A stretch of 44,770 nucleotides of DNA from Methanobacteriota archaeon. Its GTDB lineage: Archaea > Thermoplasmatota > Thermoplasmata > Methanomassiliicoccales > UBA472. Shown piece by piece: positions 1-8,709 of the stretch. The stretch is taken from positions 1 to 44,770 of the forward strand of contig JAKPZB010000068.1 in the NCBI GenBank assembly GCA_029560215.1. Direction: 5' to 3'. Position 1 is the first letter of the stretch. Every line of letters begins with the position of its first letter. The notes beneath the pieces are model-generated. The model saw nothing but the letters and a program-made list of their open reading frames with translations, was not told the DNA's origin and did no database searches. Position numbers and translations under genes: made by a program.

Positions 1-2
1 TC

Positions 3-194
3 ACCGACTTCCTGGTGTTCTATCTCGGATATCTCGTGGGCGCCATCATCTGGGGGACGACGTACTCGGCGCTCATCGGCTACGGAAAACGCTACATCAC
101 GCCCAAGCTGTTCCGCATCCTGAGCGTGATCTGCGCCCTGGTCCTGCTGTACTTCGCTCTGAACCTGCTGTACAGCACTTTCCTCAGTGGGTGA
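3..194 (+). CDS. C-terminal fragment of a multi-pass membrane protein with a LysE/RhtB-exporter-like tail (5' end lies outside the window)
   Basis: The frame is open from the window edge to TGA at 192-194. The translation is hydrophobic (..FLVFYLGYLVGAIIWG..ILSVICALVLLYFALNLLY..) and the codons are GC3-rich. The pattern resembles the C-terminus of the LysE-type protein at 11839-12459. It is missing from the ORF track because no start codon lies in the window. Confidence 0.4.
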   Translation, partial: TDFLVFYLGYLVGAIIWGTTYSALIGYGKRYITPKLFRILSVICALVLLYFALNLLYSTFLSG

Positions 195-1866
195 AGTAGG
201 CCAGCATCTTCGGTGCTACCTTCTCGACCTTGACGAAGCCGAAGCGCTCGAACTGCACGACCTTGCCTTCCTCGTCCGCAGGCATTGACTCCACGAACCC
301 GTCCTTCCTTTCCCCCGTGGGCATGATGACGGTCGCGGGAGTGCAGTTGTCCGGTACCCAGTGAATGATGCGGTACCCTTCCTTGAGGACGGAGAGATCG
401 TTGCCCTGGTAAAGCGCCTTTCCAGAGCGGAACTCCACGTTGCCGAGGTCCTTCAAGCGGACCTTGCCCGCCTCCATGGCGGCGTTCAGGTCCTTCTCCA
501 CCACGTGGATGATTATCGGCGAACTCAGCTGGAACTCCCTGTTCCCGAGCTCCGGATGGTCGGGATGCCGGGGGGCCTTGGCGTGCAATTCGTTCACACC
601 GCATATCTGCAGCGGCACCGGGTCCCACACGAAGAAGTAGCGGTTGGCGGTCTTGTCGACGATCGCCTTGTTGTAAGCGTAGATGTTGTCCCAGGAGAAC
701 TCCACGTCCGTCTCCTTTATTCCGCAGTCCACCCAGTAGTTGCGAATCGCCTCCGGCCGGAAGCCTCTCTTGGCCAACGCCCGCACCGTTCCCAGCCGCA
801 CGTCGTCCCAGCCCGAGTACTCCCCGGTCCTGATGCCCTTGCCGACGGTGGAGGTCTTGAGAATGGCGTCGGGGACCGAGACCAGGCCGTAATGGGTGTA
901 GTGCGGAACCTTCCAGCCGAAGTATTGGAACAGGTACGCCTGGCGCTGCGTGTTGTTGAGGTGGTCCTTTCCCCTGAGGACATGGGTCAGACCCAGGAAA
1001 TGATCGTCGATGGCCACGCTGAAGTTCATCATCGGGTAGAGGCAGTACTTGTCGCCCTTCAGCGGGTGCGGGGTGGACTTGACGATGCGCAGTCCGACGA
1101 AGTCCCTTATCGCCGGATTGGGATGGTTCAGGTCGGTCTTGACCACGAATATCGCCGTCTCCTCCTCGTAATCGCCGGCCAGCATCTTCTCGAACTTGTC
1201 CATGGTCGTGGCGATATCCTCGTCATGATGGGGGCAGGGCTGTCCCTTCTCCTTCTTGGCGCGCCAGTCCTCGGCCGGACAGGTGCATACATACGCCTTT
1301 CCCATGTTGATGAGCTGCCTGGCGATATCATAGTAAAGCTCGAAGCGGTCCGATTGGACCACCGTCTCATTTACCTTCACGCCTAACCATTCCAGATCCT
1401 CCGGGATCATGTCATAGGCGTTCGGGTCGATCTTGTCCGGGTTGGTGTCCTCCATGCGGTTGATGAACTTCCCGTCGTAGTTGCGGCAGTAATCGTCGTT
1501 GAGGATGGCCACGCGAGTGTGGCCGAGGTGCAGCGGTCCGGACGGTCCGGGGGCGAAGCGCATGACCACCTTTCCTCTTTCCATGCCGGGAAGCTCCGGC
1601 AGGCCGACCCGGCGCTCGGTCTTCTCCCTCTTGAGCATCGAGGCGTCGATGGACTCCAGCTGCCTGTGCTGGACCTCCGGCGCCAACGCGTTGATCTCCT
1701 CGACGATGGAAGCGATGAGCGGCAGCACCTCCTTCACGCGGGAGCGCAGCTCGGGCGATTCGGCCAGCACCTTGCCCTGCACGGCCTTGGGGTTGGCCTT
1801 GCCTGAATAGAGCACAGCGTTCTGCAGGGCGTATTTCCGAATGGTCGCTTCCAGGTCCTCGGGCAT
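184..1866 (-). CDS. gltX: Glutamyl-tRNA synthetase, archaeal/eukaryal type
   Basis: 560-aa ORF with the class I HIGH-type motif PSGPLHLGHTRVAILN. Length and overall layout are typical of archaeal GluRS. ATG start. Confidence 0.93.
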   Translation of the reverse strand: MPEDLEATIRKYALQNAVLYSGKANPKAVQGKVLAESPELRSRVKEVLPLIASIVEEINALAPEVQHRQLESIDASMLKREKTERRVGLPELPGMERGKVVMRFAPGPSGPLHLGHTRVAILNDDYCRNYDGKFINRMEDTNPDKIDPNAYDMIPEDLEWLGVKVNETVVQSDRFELYYDIARQLINMGKAYVCTCPAEDWRAKKEKGQPCPHHDEDIATTMDKFEKMLAGDYEEETAIFVVKTDLNHPNPAIRDFVGLRIVKSTPHPLKGDKYCLYPMMNFSVAIDDHFLGLTHVLRGKDHLNNTQRQAYLFQYFGWKVPHYTHYGLVSVPDAILKTSTVGKGIRTGEYSGWDDVRLGTVRALAKRGFRPEAIRNYWVDCGIKETDVEFSWDNIYAYNKAIVDKTANRYFFVWDPVPLQICGVNELHAKAPRHPDHPELGNREFQLSSPIIIHVVEKDLNAAMEAGKVRLKDLGNVEFRSGKALYQGNDLSVLKEGYRIIHWVPDNCTPATVIMPTGERKDGFVESMPADEEGKVVQFERFGFVKVEKVAPKMLAYFTH

Positions 1867-1951
1867 CGTTCGGCGATATCCCCCTCCGGCTTTTTAAGTT
1901 ATGTAGCGGCAGGAGGAAATCGGTTATATGCTGGGACGATAATTATCGCTC

Positions 1952-3220
1952 ATGGCCGTCCAAAGCCACCTGGACCGAATGAAGGGCGTCAAGGTCATCG
2001 AGAGCAAGGTGCCGATAGAGATCGAGCCGACCCGGGCGCTCATGGCCGATCAGCGTTCGCCAGTTCTCTTCACGAACCTCAATGGAATGAGGGCCGCCGG
2101 GAACCTGTGGAGCGAGAGGGAGCGCATCACTGACGCCCTCGGACTACCGAAGGATGGACTGACCCAGGCGCTGATGCAGGCCCTGGCCTGCCCGAGGCCG
2201 GTGGAGGAGGTCAAGAAAGCCAGGTTCGAGGAGATCGTGGAGGAGAAGTTCGATCTCCGGAAGCTGCCCATCCCGAAGTACTACCCGCAGGACGGCGGCC
2301 AATACGTCACGGCCGGTGTGGCCATAGCCGAGTTCGGAGGGAAGCTCAACGTCTCCTTCCACCGCCTGATGGTCATCGGCAGGAACAAGTTCGCCATCCG
2401 GCTGGTGCCCCGGCACCTATTTACCATGCATAAATTGGCCATGGAGAAGGGCCAGGACCTCAAGGTGGCGTTCGTTATCGGCACCTGTCCGTCAGTGCTT
2501 CTGGCCGGGGCGACGTCCGCCGATTACGAGTTCAACGAGCTGGAGATGGCCTCCGCCCTGCGCTACATAGGCCTCAAGGAAGGGCTGAAGGTGCGGCGGA
2601 CGAAGTACGGCATACCGGTGCCGGCGGACGCCGATTACGTTCTCGAAGGACGTTTGACATCTGAAACTCACGACGAGGGTCCGTTCGTGGACATCACTGG
2701 AACGTACGATACGGTGAGGAAGCAGCCGGTGTTCGAGGTCGATCGCCTCTACCGCCGCCAGGACGCGGTCTTCCAGTTGGTTCTGTCAGGAGGGATCGAG
2801 CACTATCTGCTCATGGGCCTCCCGCGTGAGCCGGTGATCTTCCGGACGGTGCGGCAGGCCGTCCCGCGGGTGCACGCTGTGCGGTTGACGGAAGGGAGCT
2901 GCTGCTGGCTTCACGGCGTCGTCTCGATAACCAAGAACAAGGAGGGGGACGCCATGAACGCCGCTATGGCCGCATTCACCGGGCATCCGTCCATGAAGCA
3001 GGTCATCATCGTGGACAAGGACGTGGACATCTTCGACGATAAGGCGGTGGAATGGGCGGTGGCCACGCGTTTCCAGGCATCCCGCGGGCTGCTGGTGGTG
3101 AACAACGCCGCCGGTTCCTCGCTCGATCCGTCCACCGAAGGCACGACATCCAAGATCGCCATCGACGCAACGATGCCGTTAGGTGACCAGGGACTGTTCC
3201 GCAAGGCCAAGCTGGACTGA
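1952..3220 (+). CDS. UbiD-family (prFMN-dependent) decarboxylase; possibly the archaeal mevalonate-pathway anhydromevalonate-phosphate decarboxylase
   Basis: 422-aa ORF with UbiD-like blocks (VSFHRLMVIGRNKFAIRLVPRHL, GPFVDITGTYD, AIDAT). The specific substrate is inference only. Confidence 0.8.
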   Translation: MAVQSHLDRMKGVKVIESKVPIEIEPTRALMADQRSPVLFTNLNGMRAAGNLWSERERITDALGLPKDGLTQALMQALACPRPVEEVKKARFEEIVEEKFDLRKLPIPKYYPQDGGQYVTAGVAIAEFGGKLNVSFHRLMVIGRNKFAIRLVPRHLFTMHKLAMEKGQDLKVAFVIGTCPSVLLAGATSADYEFNELEMASALRYIGLKEGLKVRRTKYGIPVPADADYVLEGRLTSETHDEGPFVDITGTYDTVRKQPVFEVDRLYRRQDAVFQLVLSGGIEHYLLMGLPREPVIFRTVRQAVPRVHAVRLTEGSCCWLHGVVSITKNKEGDAMNAAMAAFTGHPSMKQVIIVDKDVDIFDDKAVEWAVATRFQASRGLLVVNNAAGSSLDPSTEGTTSKIAIDATMPLGDQGLFRKAKLD

Positions 3221-3289
3221 TGCGCCGTAACTAGCCAGCAAATCATTATTAAATCAAAGTACGTTTTCTATCAAAACGGAGGATTCCCC

Positions 3290-3934
3290 TTGAGATGCAA
3301 CAATTGTGGATTGGACTACATTGCGGACAACGCCGCTAACTGCCCGAGGTGCAACGCGCCCCTGGGGCAGCAGATGTACCAGCAGCCCCCGCAGCAGTAT
3401 CAGCAGCCGCAGGGATATCAGGACCAGCAGCCTCCCCAGCAGTACGGGGACCAGCAGTACCAGCAACAGCCTCAGCCGCAGTACCAGCAGCCCCCGCAGG
3501 GCGGTTACTACGCCCCGCCGCAGGGCGGCTACTACCAGCAGCCGCCGATGCCCCCGAAGCGGGTTCCGACGGTCAAGAAGGTCGACCTTACCGAGATATT
3601 GATGATCATCTCTGGGGTGTTCCTGCTGGACGGGGCTTTCGGCAATTTGTCCTGGATAGGCACAGGCGTTCCTGCTGGAATAGTCATCCTCGGCATCGTC
3701 TGCCTGGTAGGCGCGCTCCTGCTGTTCGTGGACGTCATGATGCCCGCCCTGCTGAAGCAGCTCGGTGAGATCAAGGACCTGCTAGTTCTCGTTCTCGCTC
3801 TGGTGTTCATCGTATGGGGTCTGATCGCCGCCTTCGCCGACACCTTCAATTACGGTGTCTACGGACCGGAGATCTTCACCGGCGGCTTCGCGCTGCTCGC
3901 CGCCGGCGCGCTGCGCATGGGCATACTGAAGTGA
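3290..3934 (+). CDS. Membrane protein with an N-terminal zinc ribbon and a Gln/Pro/Tyr-rich linker
   Basis: TTG start with GGAGG 7 nt upstream. Contains CNNCG..x..CPRC, then about 60 aa of a Q/P/Y low-complexity tract, then about 4 predicted TM helices. Confidence 0.7.
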   Translation: MRCNNCGLDYIADNAANCPRCNAPLGQQMYQQPPQQYQQPQGYQDQQPPQQYGDQQYQQQPQPQYQQPPQGGYYAPPQGGYYQQPPMPPKRVPTVKKVDLTEILMIISGVFLLDGAFGNLSWIGTGVPAGIVILGIVCLVGALLLFVDVMMPALLKQLGEIKDLLVLVLALVFIVWGLIAAFADTFNYGVYGPEIFTGGFALLAAGALRMGILK

Positions 3935-3985
3935 ATACGCAATCCCGTCCAGTATCCGTAAACCTCTTCCATAACCCTTCTTTTC

Positions 3986-4594
3986 TCAATCGCCTAGGAC
4001 CGCGCCGGTCAGATCCGTCAGGATGAGAAAGAGAAAGGCCATGTTGCTCGATATCAGGTGGGCCAGCCTCCATCTCTTCACATTTCGGAACATCCCTATC
4101 CCCGTGAGAACGCTGGTCGTAGCGAGAGCCATGGTGATCAGGCCCATGACGCCGTGGATGGTATGGAATATCTTCCCCCGGTCAGAATAGTAGGCGAACG
4201 TCCAAAGGATGAAGGTCACCGCGAACAAGCTCCAGCAGGCGACGCTGGCGTATCGGTGAAGCATTCTCGGAAGTCCCAGGGGGGCCAGCGATCTCAGTTT
4301 CTTGAAGGACGAGTTCCCGATCCCCGTGACCGCCGCCACCAGGCCTAGGAACGTGGCGAGGGCGAAAAGGGGCGCGTGAAAGCTCCCCTCGTCATCCTCG
4401 CTCTCGCCTATGTCGAGGTCCGCGAACGGGATGGATGTCGGTCCTATTGACGGTTCGGCATGCGCCGGCGGCAGCGATACAAAAACAAATGCGGTTGCGA
4501 ACAAAAGAAGTGAAATGACCGCCCACACCCGATTCTTCACGGGTGGTGAAGGGGACGAGGATGCTCTAATCTTTTCCGTGAAGGCGAATTTCAC
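3986..4594 (-). CDS. Hypothetical His-rich multi-pass membrane protein
   Basis: 202-aa ORF. Its GTG start overlaps the purA stop (GTGA). It has an N-terminal TM/signal-like segment plus about 4 TM helices with conserved-looking His residues. No family recognised. Confidence 0.5.
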   Translation of the reverse strand: MKFAFTEKIRASSSPSPPVKNRVWAVISLLLFATAFVFVSLPPAHAEPSIGPTSIPFADLDIGESEDDEGSFHAPLFALATFLGLVAAVTGIGNSSFKKLRSLAPLGLPRMLHRYASVACWSLFAVTFILWTFAYYSDRGKIFHTIHGVMGLITMALATTSVLTGIGMFRNVKRWRLAHLISSNMAFLFLILTDLTGAVLGD

Positions 4595-5898
4595 CGCCGA
4601 ATGGTCTCCTCGCGCCCTTTTCCTATGCTAATGATCCTCGCCGGGACCTTGGAACGCTTCTCGATGTAGCCGATGTACTGGCGCATCTCCTTCGGCAGAG
4701 CGTCGAATCCGCCGCGGACGATCTCCATGGTCTCCTCCTCCTTCCAGCCGGACCAGCCGTCCAGCTCCTCGTAGACCGGCTTGGCCCGTTCCAGCATCTT
4801 GAAGTTGCCCGGAAAGTGGTAAACTTTCTTGCCGTCGATCTCGTAAGCGACCGCGACCTTCACCGTCTTCAGGCCGTTCATGACGTCCAACTTGGTCACC
4901 GCGAACTGGGTGAGGCCGTTCAAACGGGCGGCGTGCTCCACTACCAGCAGGTCAAGCCATCCGCAGCGCCGGGCGCGTCCGGTGGTGGTCCCGAACTCCC
5001 CCCCGACGTTCATCAGCATCTCGCCGGTGGCGTCCTTGAGCTCTGTCGGGAACGGACCGGCGCCCACGCGCGTCGTGTACGCCTTCAGCACGCCCATTAT
5101 CTCGTCCACCCGCTTCGGGCCGACGCCGGAGCCGGTGCAAATGGCGCCGGCAACGCAGTTGGACGAAGTGACGAAAGGATAGGTGCCGTGGTCGATGTCC
5201 AGCATGGTGCCCTGCGCGCCTTCGAACAGCACGTTCTTGCCCTGGTCCAGAGCGTCGTTGACCAGGACCGACGTATCGGTTATGTACTTCTCGTACTTCC
5301 GGCCGTAGGCCAGCAGCTCCTTGAAAAGCTCTTCCTTGTTCTGCGCCAGCCGCACGCCCAGTATGTCCATGACCTTGAGCTTCATGGGCATGACGGTGTC
5401 CAGGCGCTCCTCGAGAAGTTCAGGGTCCAGCAGGTCGCCCATGCGTATGCCGGACCTGGCGATCTTGTCCGAGTAGCAGGGTCCGATGCCCTTTCCGGTG
5501 GTCCCCACGGTCTTGCTTCCGCGGAGGCGTTCCTCGGCGCCGTCCAAAAGCCGGTGCCAGTTGAGTATGACGTTGGCGCGGTCGGATATTTTGAGCCCCT
5601 CTACGTTCTTGCCCCGGGACTCCAGCTCGGCGATCTCCCGGTCCAGGGAGATCAGGTCGACGATCACGCCGTTGCCTATGACATTGATGACGCCCTTACG
5701 GACGATGCCCGACGGAAGGATATGAAGGGCGAAGACCTCCTCGCCCACCTTGATGGTGTGGCCGGCGTTGGAGCCGCCCTGGTAACGGACGACCATATCG
5801 GCGCGTCCCGCTTCGTAATCAGTGATCTTGCCCTTGCCCTCGTCTCCCCACTGGGCCCCGATGACCGCTATGCTCGGCAATCTCTCACCGTCTCGCAA
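4591..5898 (-). CDS. purA: Adenylosuccinate synthetase
   Basis: P-loop GAQWGDEGKGK near the N-terminus, GTTGKGIGP and TTRVGAGPFPTE blocks, 435 aa. Confidence 0.95.
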   Translation of the reverse strand: MRDGERLPSIAVIGAQWGDEGKGKITDYEAGRADMVVRYQGGSNAGHTIKVGEEVFALHILPSGIVRKGVINVIGNGVIVDLISLDREIAELESRGKNVEGLKISDRANVILNWHRLLDGAEERLRGSKTVGTTGKGIGPCYSDKIARSGIRMGDLLDPELLEERLDTVMPMKLKVMDILGVRLAQNKEELFKELLAYGRKYEKYITDTSVLVNDALDQGKNVLFEGAQGTMLDIDHGTYPFVTSSNCVAGAICTGSGVGPKRVDEIMGVLKAYTTRVGAGPFPTELKDATGEMLMNVGGEFGTTTGRARRCGWLDLLVVEHAARLNGLTQFAVTKLDVMNGLKTVKVAVAYEIDGKKVYHFPGNFKMLERAKPVYEELDGWSGWKEEETMEIVRGGFDALPKEMRQYIGYIEKRSKVPARIISIGKGREETIRR

Positions 5899-5925
5899 AA
5901 TGAGCCAATGTAGATAAAGCCTTGT

Positions 5926-7011
5926 TCATCGGCAGGTCGAACGGAACGCTTCCAGCACTTCCTCCAGCGGACGGTCGGTGCGGAAGCCGGTCGGCGAGAA
6001 GTTGGTCCGGGAGACCTTGCCGATGGCGAGCATGCCCTCCATCAGCTCCTCGCGTCCAGGCGGGGAAAGCTTGAGCATGGCGGCGATCTCGTTCGTCTCG
6101 TAGTAGAACGGAACGTCCAGCTCCTCCTTCCATATCTCGAAGTGCTGGCGGACCCGTTCCGGGCATTCCAGTCCCTCCGGCACCGCCGCGGCGGAGATCG
6201 CCTCACGGTCGAATAGCGGGCCCAGCCACATCGGCCCCATCTTTCCCTCTCCGACCTTGCGCTCCCCGGTCGCCCGGTCGTAGGACATCATGCCCAATTG
6301 TTCCAACGAAGCGTCGGCGGCCCCGGCGCCGTCCCTGGTCCTCAGGAACAGGCGGAAGTAATGGTCGGCGTAATAGCACAGCAGGGGCGTCACCCCCTTG
6401 TCCTCCTGGGCGGCCATTCGGACGATGGTCCCGATCATGATGCGCAGGCCGCTCTCGTGCAGGAAGGGATTCCTCTGGCTGTTGGCCATGTACCGCCGCC
6501 GGCATTTGCCGGGATGGGTGCCGGATAAAGAGGCGGTATCGGTGGCCGTCACCGCCAATATCCCTTTCCTGGCCATGCCCTGCAGCGCGGACGGAACGAA
6601 AGGTATGGGCGTTCCGAAGGGATCGAGATCGATGTAATCGAAGACCTCCTCGGCCAGAAGGCAGCGCAGGTCGGCGTTGCTCGCCTCGGCGTTCTCCAGC
6701 GAGTTCAGTTCGATGTTCCTCTGGATGTGGTCGCAGGCCAATGGTTCCTTGTCGTTTATTATGAATCGGTAATCGCCCGGGGCCTCGTTGCAGACGCGTA
6801 TCCCGCGGGCGCCGGTGGCGGCCATGGCGTCCAGGCATTTCCTCGGTCGAATGACGGAATGGAACAATGCGACGGAAATATCCCGGTTGAAGGCCATCTG
6901 CCGATTGAAGAACACTCTGCCCTCAATCTTGCCGGGCCCCCTCTCGGATATGAGCGAGGGAACCAGCAGCTGGGTGCTCCCCTCCCTGATCACAGTGCCG
7001 TCCAAGTTCAC
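5926..7011 (-). CDS. trm1: tRNA (guanine26-N2)-dimethyltransferase Trm1
   Basis: FFNRQMAFNRDISV, DAMAATGARGIRV, IDLDPFGTPIPF and VTATDTA blocks typical of Trm1. Confidence 0.9.
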   Translation of the reverse strand: MNLDGTVIREGSTQLLVPSLISERGPGKIEGRVFFNRQMAFNRDISVALFHSVIRPRKCLDAMAATGARGIRVCNEAPGDYRFIINDKEPLACDHIQRNIELNSLENAEASNADLRCLLAEEVFDYIDLDPFGTPIPFVPSALQGMARKGILAVTATDTASLSGTHPGKCRRRYMANSQRNPFLHESGLRIMIGTIVRMAAQEDKGVTPLLCYYADHYFRLFLRTRDGAGAADASLEQLGMMSYDRATGERKVGEGKMGPMWLGPLFDREAISAAAVPEGLECPERVRQHFEIWKEELDVPFYYETNEIAAMLKLSPPGREELMEGMLAIGKVSRTNFSPTGFRTDRPLEEVLEAFRSTCR

Positions 7012-7550
7012 AAAAGCTCGCCCTTCATCAGCTTCATTATCTTGTAGGGCAAAAGGTTTCTGTTGATGGGGGTGACCTCCAGGATCCGGACGTCGTCCCG
7101 TCTGCGGATGTCCTGCAGCAAGGGATTTCTGGACTTCTTGTGCAAGGTCAGCAGCATCGGCTTCTCGGTCTTCAGCGCTTCCTTGACCGCGTCCCGGAAC
7201 TTGTCGCTCTCCACCTCGATCTTTCCGACCTCGTCGATGACGATGATGTCGGCCTTCTCGCAGGCGTTCACTAAAGCTTGGACCCCTATCTCCTGTAGGA
7301 CGTCGAGATCAACGCCCATCTTGCCCACCATGAACTTGCTGTGGATGTCCGTGGCGGCCAGAACCCCGCGCTTCTTGGTCATCCAGTCCATGACATAGAG
7401 GCCGCTGCGCTTCTTGTCGTCCAGGATCGGCTCGGTGATCATGCCGCCCACGGTATGCCCTTCCTCCTCGAGCATCTTGATGACCTGGATAAGGGTGTTG
7501 GTCTTGCCCGCGCTAGGAAGCCCTGTGATGCCGATCTTGATGTTGTTCAT
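7008..7550 (-). CDS. Nucleoside-triphosphatase, THEP1/MJ1559-like P-loop NTPase
   Basis: Walker A ITGLPSAGKT and Walker B IIVIDEVGKIE. Start taken at the ATG of MNNIKIGITG (7550). The 40-codon upstream extension in the ORF track is not supported. Confidence 0.8.
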   Translation of the reverse strand: MNNIKIGITGLPSAGKTNTLIQVIKMLEEEGHTVGGMITEPILDDKKRSGLYVMDWMTKKRGVLAATDIHSKFMVGKMGVDLDVLQEIGVQALVNACEKADIIVIDEVGKIEVESDKFRDAVKEALKTEKPMLLTLHKKSRNPLLQDIRRRDDVRILEVTPINRNLLPYKIMKLMKGELL

Positions 7551-7568
7551 CCGATTCCCCGGTGTCCA

Positions 7569-7590
7569 TGCATCGAATGGGCTCGATGCA
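7569..7590. promoter_or_regulatory. Perfect 8-bp inverted repeat TGCATCGA-N6-TCGATGCA in the leader/promoter region of the NTPase gene
   Basis: Read directly from the sequence. It lies 19-40 nt upstream of the 7550 start on the minus strand. Confidence 0.3.
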
Positions 7591-7691
7591 GTAGAAGACC
7601 TATATGGCAATCCAAGCTTAATATCCTTTCCCGAGGAACGGAACGCTGGGTTGGCCTTGGTAACCTTCAATAAAAATAATAATGGACGTAT

Positions 7692-8105
7692 TTATCGGCT
7701 CTCCACCGACCGGACGTACATGAGCGGATAGCGCAGGTCCTCCTTGAAGTCCATGGCCGCCACCACGGTGGTGCCGCCAACGGAGATGGTCAGCTCCACG
7801 TTGAGCAGGTTTCCGGTCAGGGTCTGATAATCGAACTCGTCCTTCTTCTTGCGGAGAGCCTCGCGGGATATGCGTACCTTGACGTCCTTGACGAAAGGCT
7901 GGACCCGGACCCCGTCCTCGATCGCCCTCTCCAATATCTCCACGTTGGCCGCGGCCACCGGCGTGCCGACGAACTGGTGATAGATGGTTCCCAATTTGAT
8001 ACCGGCCTCGAACACCGCCCTTTCCCGTTCGCTGCAGTTGAAGTAGTTGGCAGCGAGCTCCTCGCGCTTGCTCGTCATTTCGCTCGGTGGTGATAAGGGT
8101 GGCAT
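7692..8105 (-). CDS. mptD: Archaeal dihydroneopterin aldolase, MptD/DUF381-like
   Basis: ERERAVFEAGIKLGTIYHQFVGTPV block recalled from the MptD family. Start set at the ATG of MPPLS (8105); MTSKREE at 8078 is an alternative. The longer track ORF overlaps the divergent ydbS-like gene. Confidence 0.6.
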   Translation of the reverse strand: MPPLSPPSEMTSKREELAANYFNCSERERAVFEAGIKLGTIYHQFVGTPVAAANVEILERAIEDGVRVQPFVKDVKVRISREALRKKKDEFDYQTLTGNLLNVELTISVGGTTVVAAMDFKEDLRYPLMYVRSVESR

Positions 8106-8196
8106 GATAGATAATCCTGTCCTGGCCTGCTCCGTACTCCTAGGAACTGCGAAAAGGTAATACGCCAGACCGCATTTCCCGCACCGGGGCGAAGAC

Positions 8197-8709
8197 ATGT
8201 TGGAGAACCTAAGGGAAAGGCTCAGGATGGACAACGAGCCGAAGGAGAGCATTGATCCCCGGGCAAGGAAGGTCTGGATGATCGGCGGGGCCATAGGTTC
8301 GGCGATAGTTCTGATGATCGTTGTCGGTTTCTTCTTCCTGGTCACCATCGGTTACGGAGCTCCGGATTGGGTGGGCTGGACCGCCATCGCCCTGGGCGTC
8401 GCCTACGTCCCCTGGGGCGTATTTCTCAGCCCCTGGCTACGGATGCGCTTCTGGCGCTACGAGCTCCGGGAGAACGAGATGGAGATACAGCACGGGATAT
8501 TCGTGATCAAGAGGCACCTCATCCCCATGGTCCGCGTTCAGTACGTGGATACCGAGCACGGTCCGCTGATGCGCTATTTCGGTCTAACCACCCTTTCGAT
8601 ATCCACCGCCGCCACCAAGTTCGCCATCCCCGCCCTGCCCAAGCAGAGGGCGGAGGAGCTGCGGGGCGAGATAGCCACCCTGGCCCGGGTCAGTGAGGAA
8701 GATGTCTGA
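8197..8709 (+). CDS. YdbS-like membrane protein with a bacterial PH (bPH_2) domain
   Basis: Two TM helices are followed by a single bPH_2-like module (RYELRENEMEIQHGIFVIKRHLIPMVRVQYVD). It overlaps the next gene. Confidence 0.75.
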   Translation: MLENLRERLRMDNEPKESIDPRARKVWMIGGAIGSAIVLMIVVGFFFLVTIGYGAPDWVGWTAIALGVAYVPWGVFLSPWLRMRFWRYELRENEMEIQHGIFVIKRHLIPMVRVQYVDTEHGPLMRYFGLTTLSISTAATKFAIPALPKQRAEELRGEIATLARVSEEDV

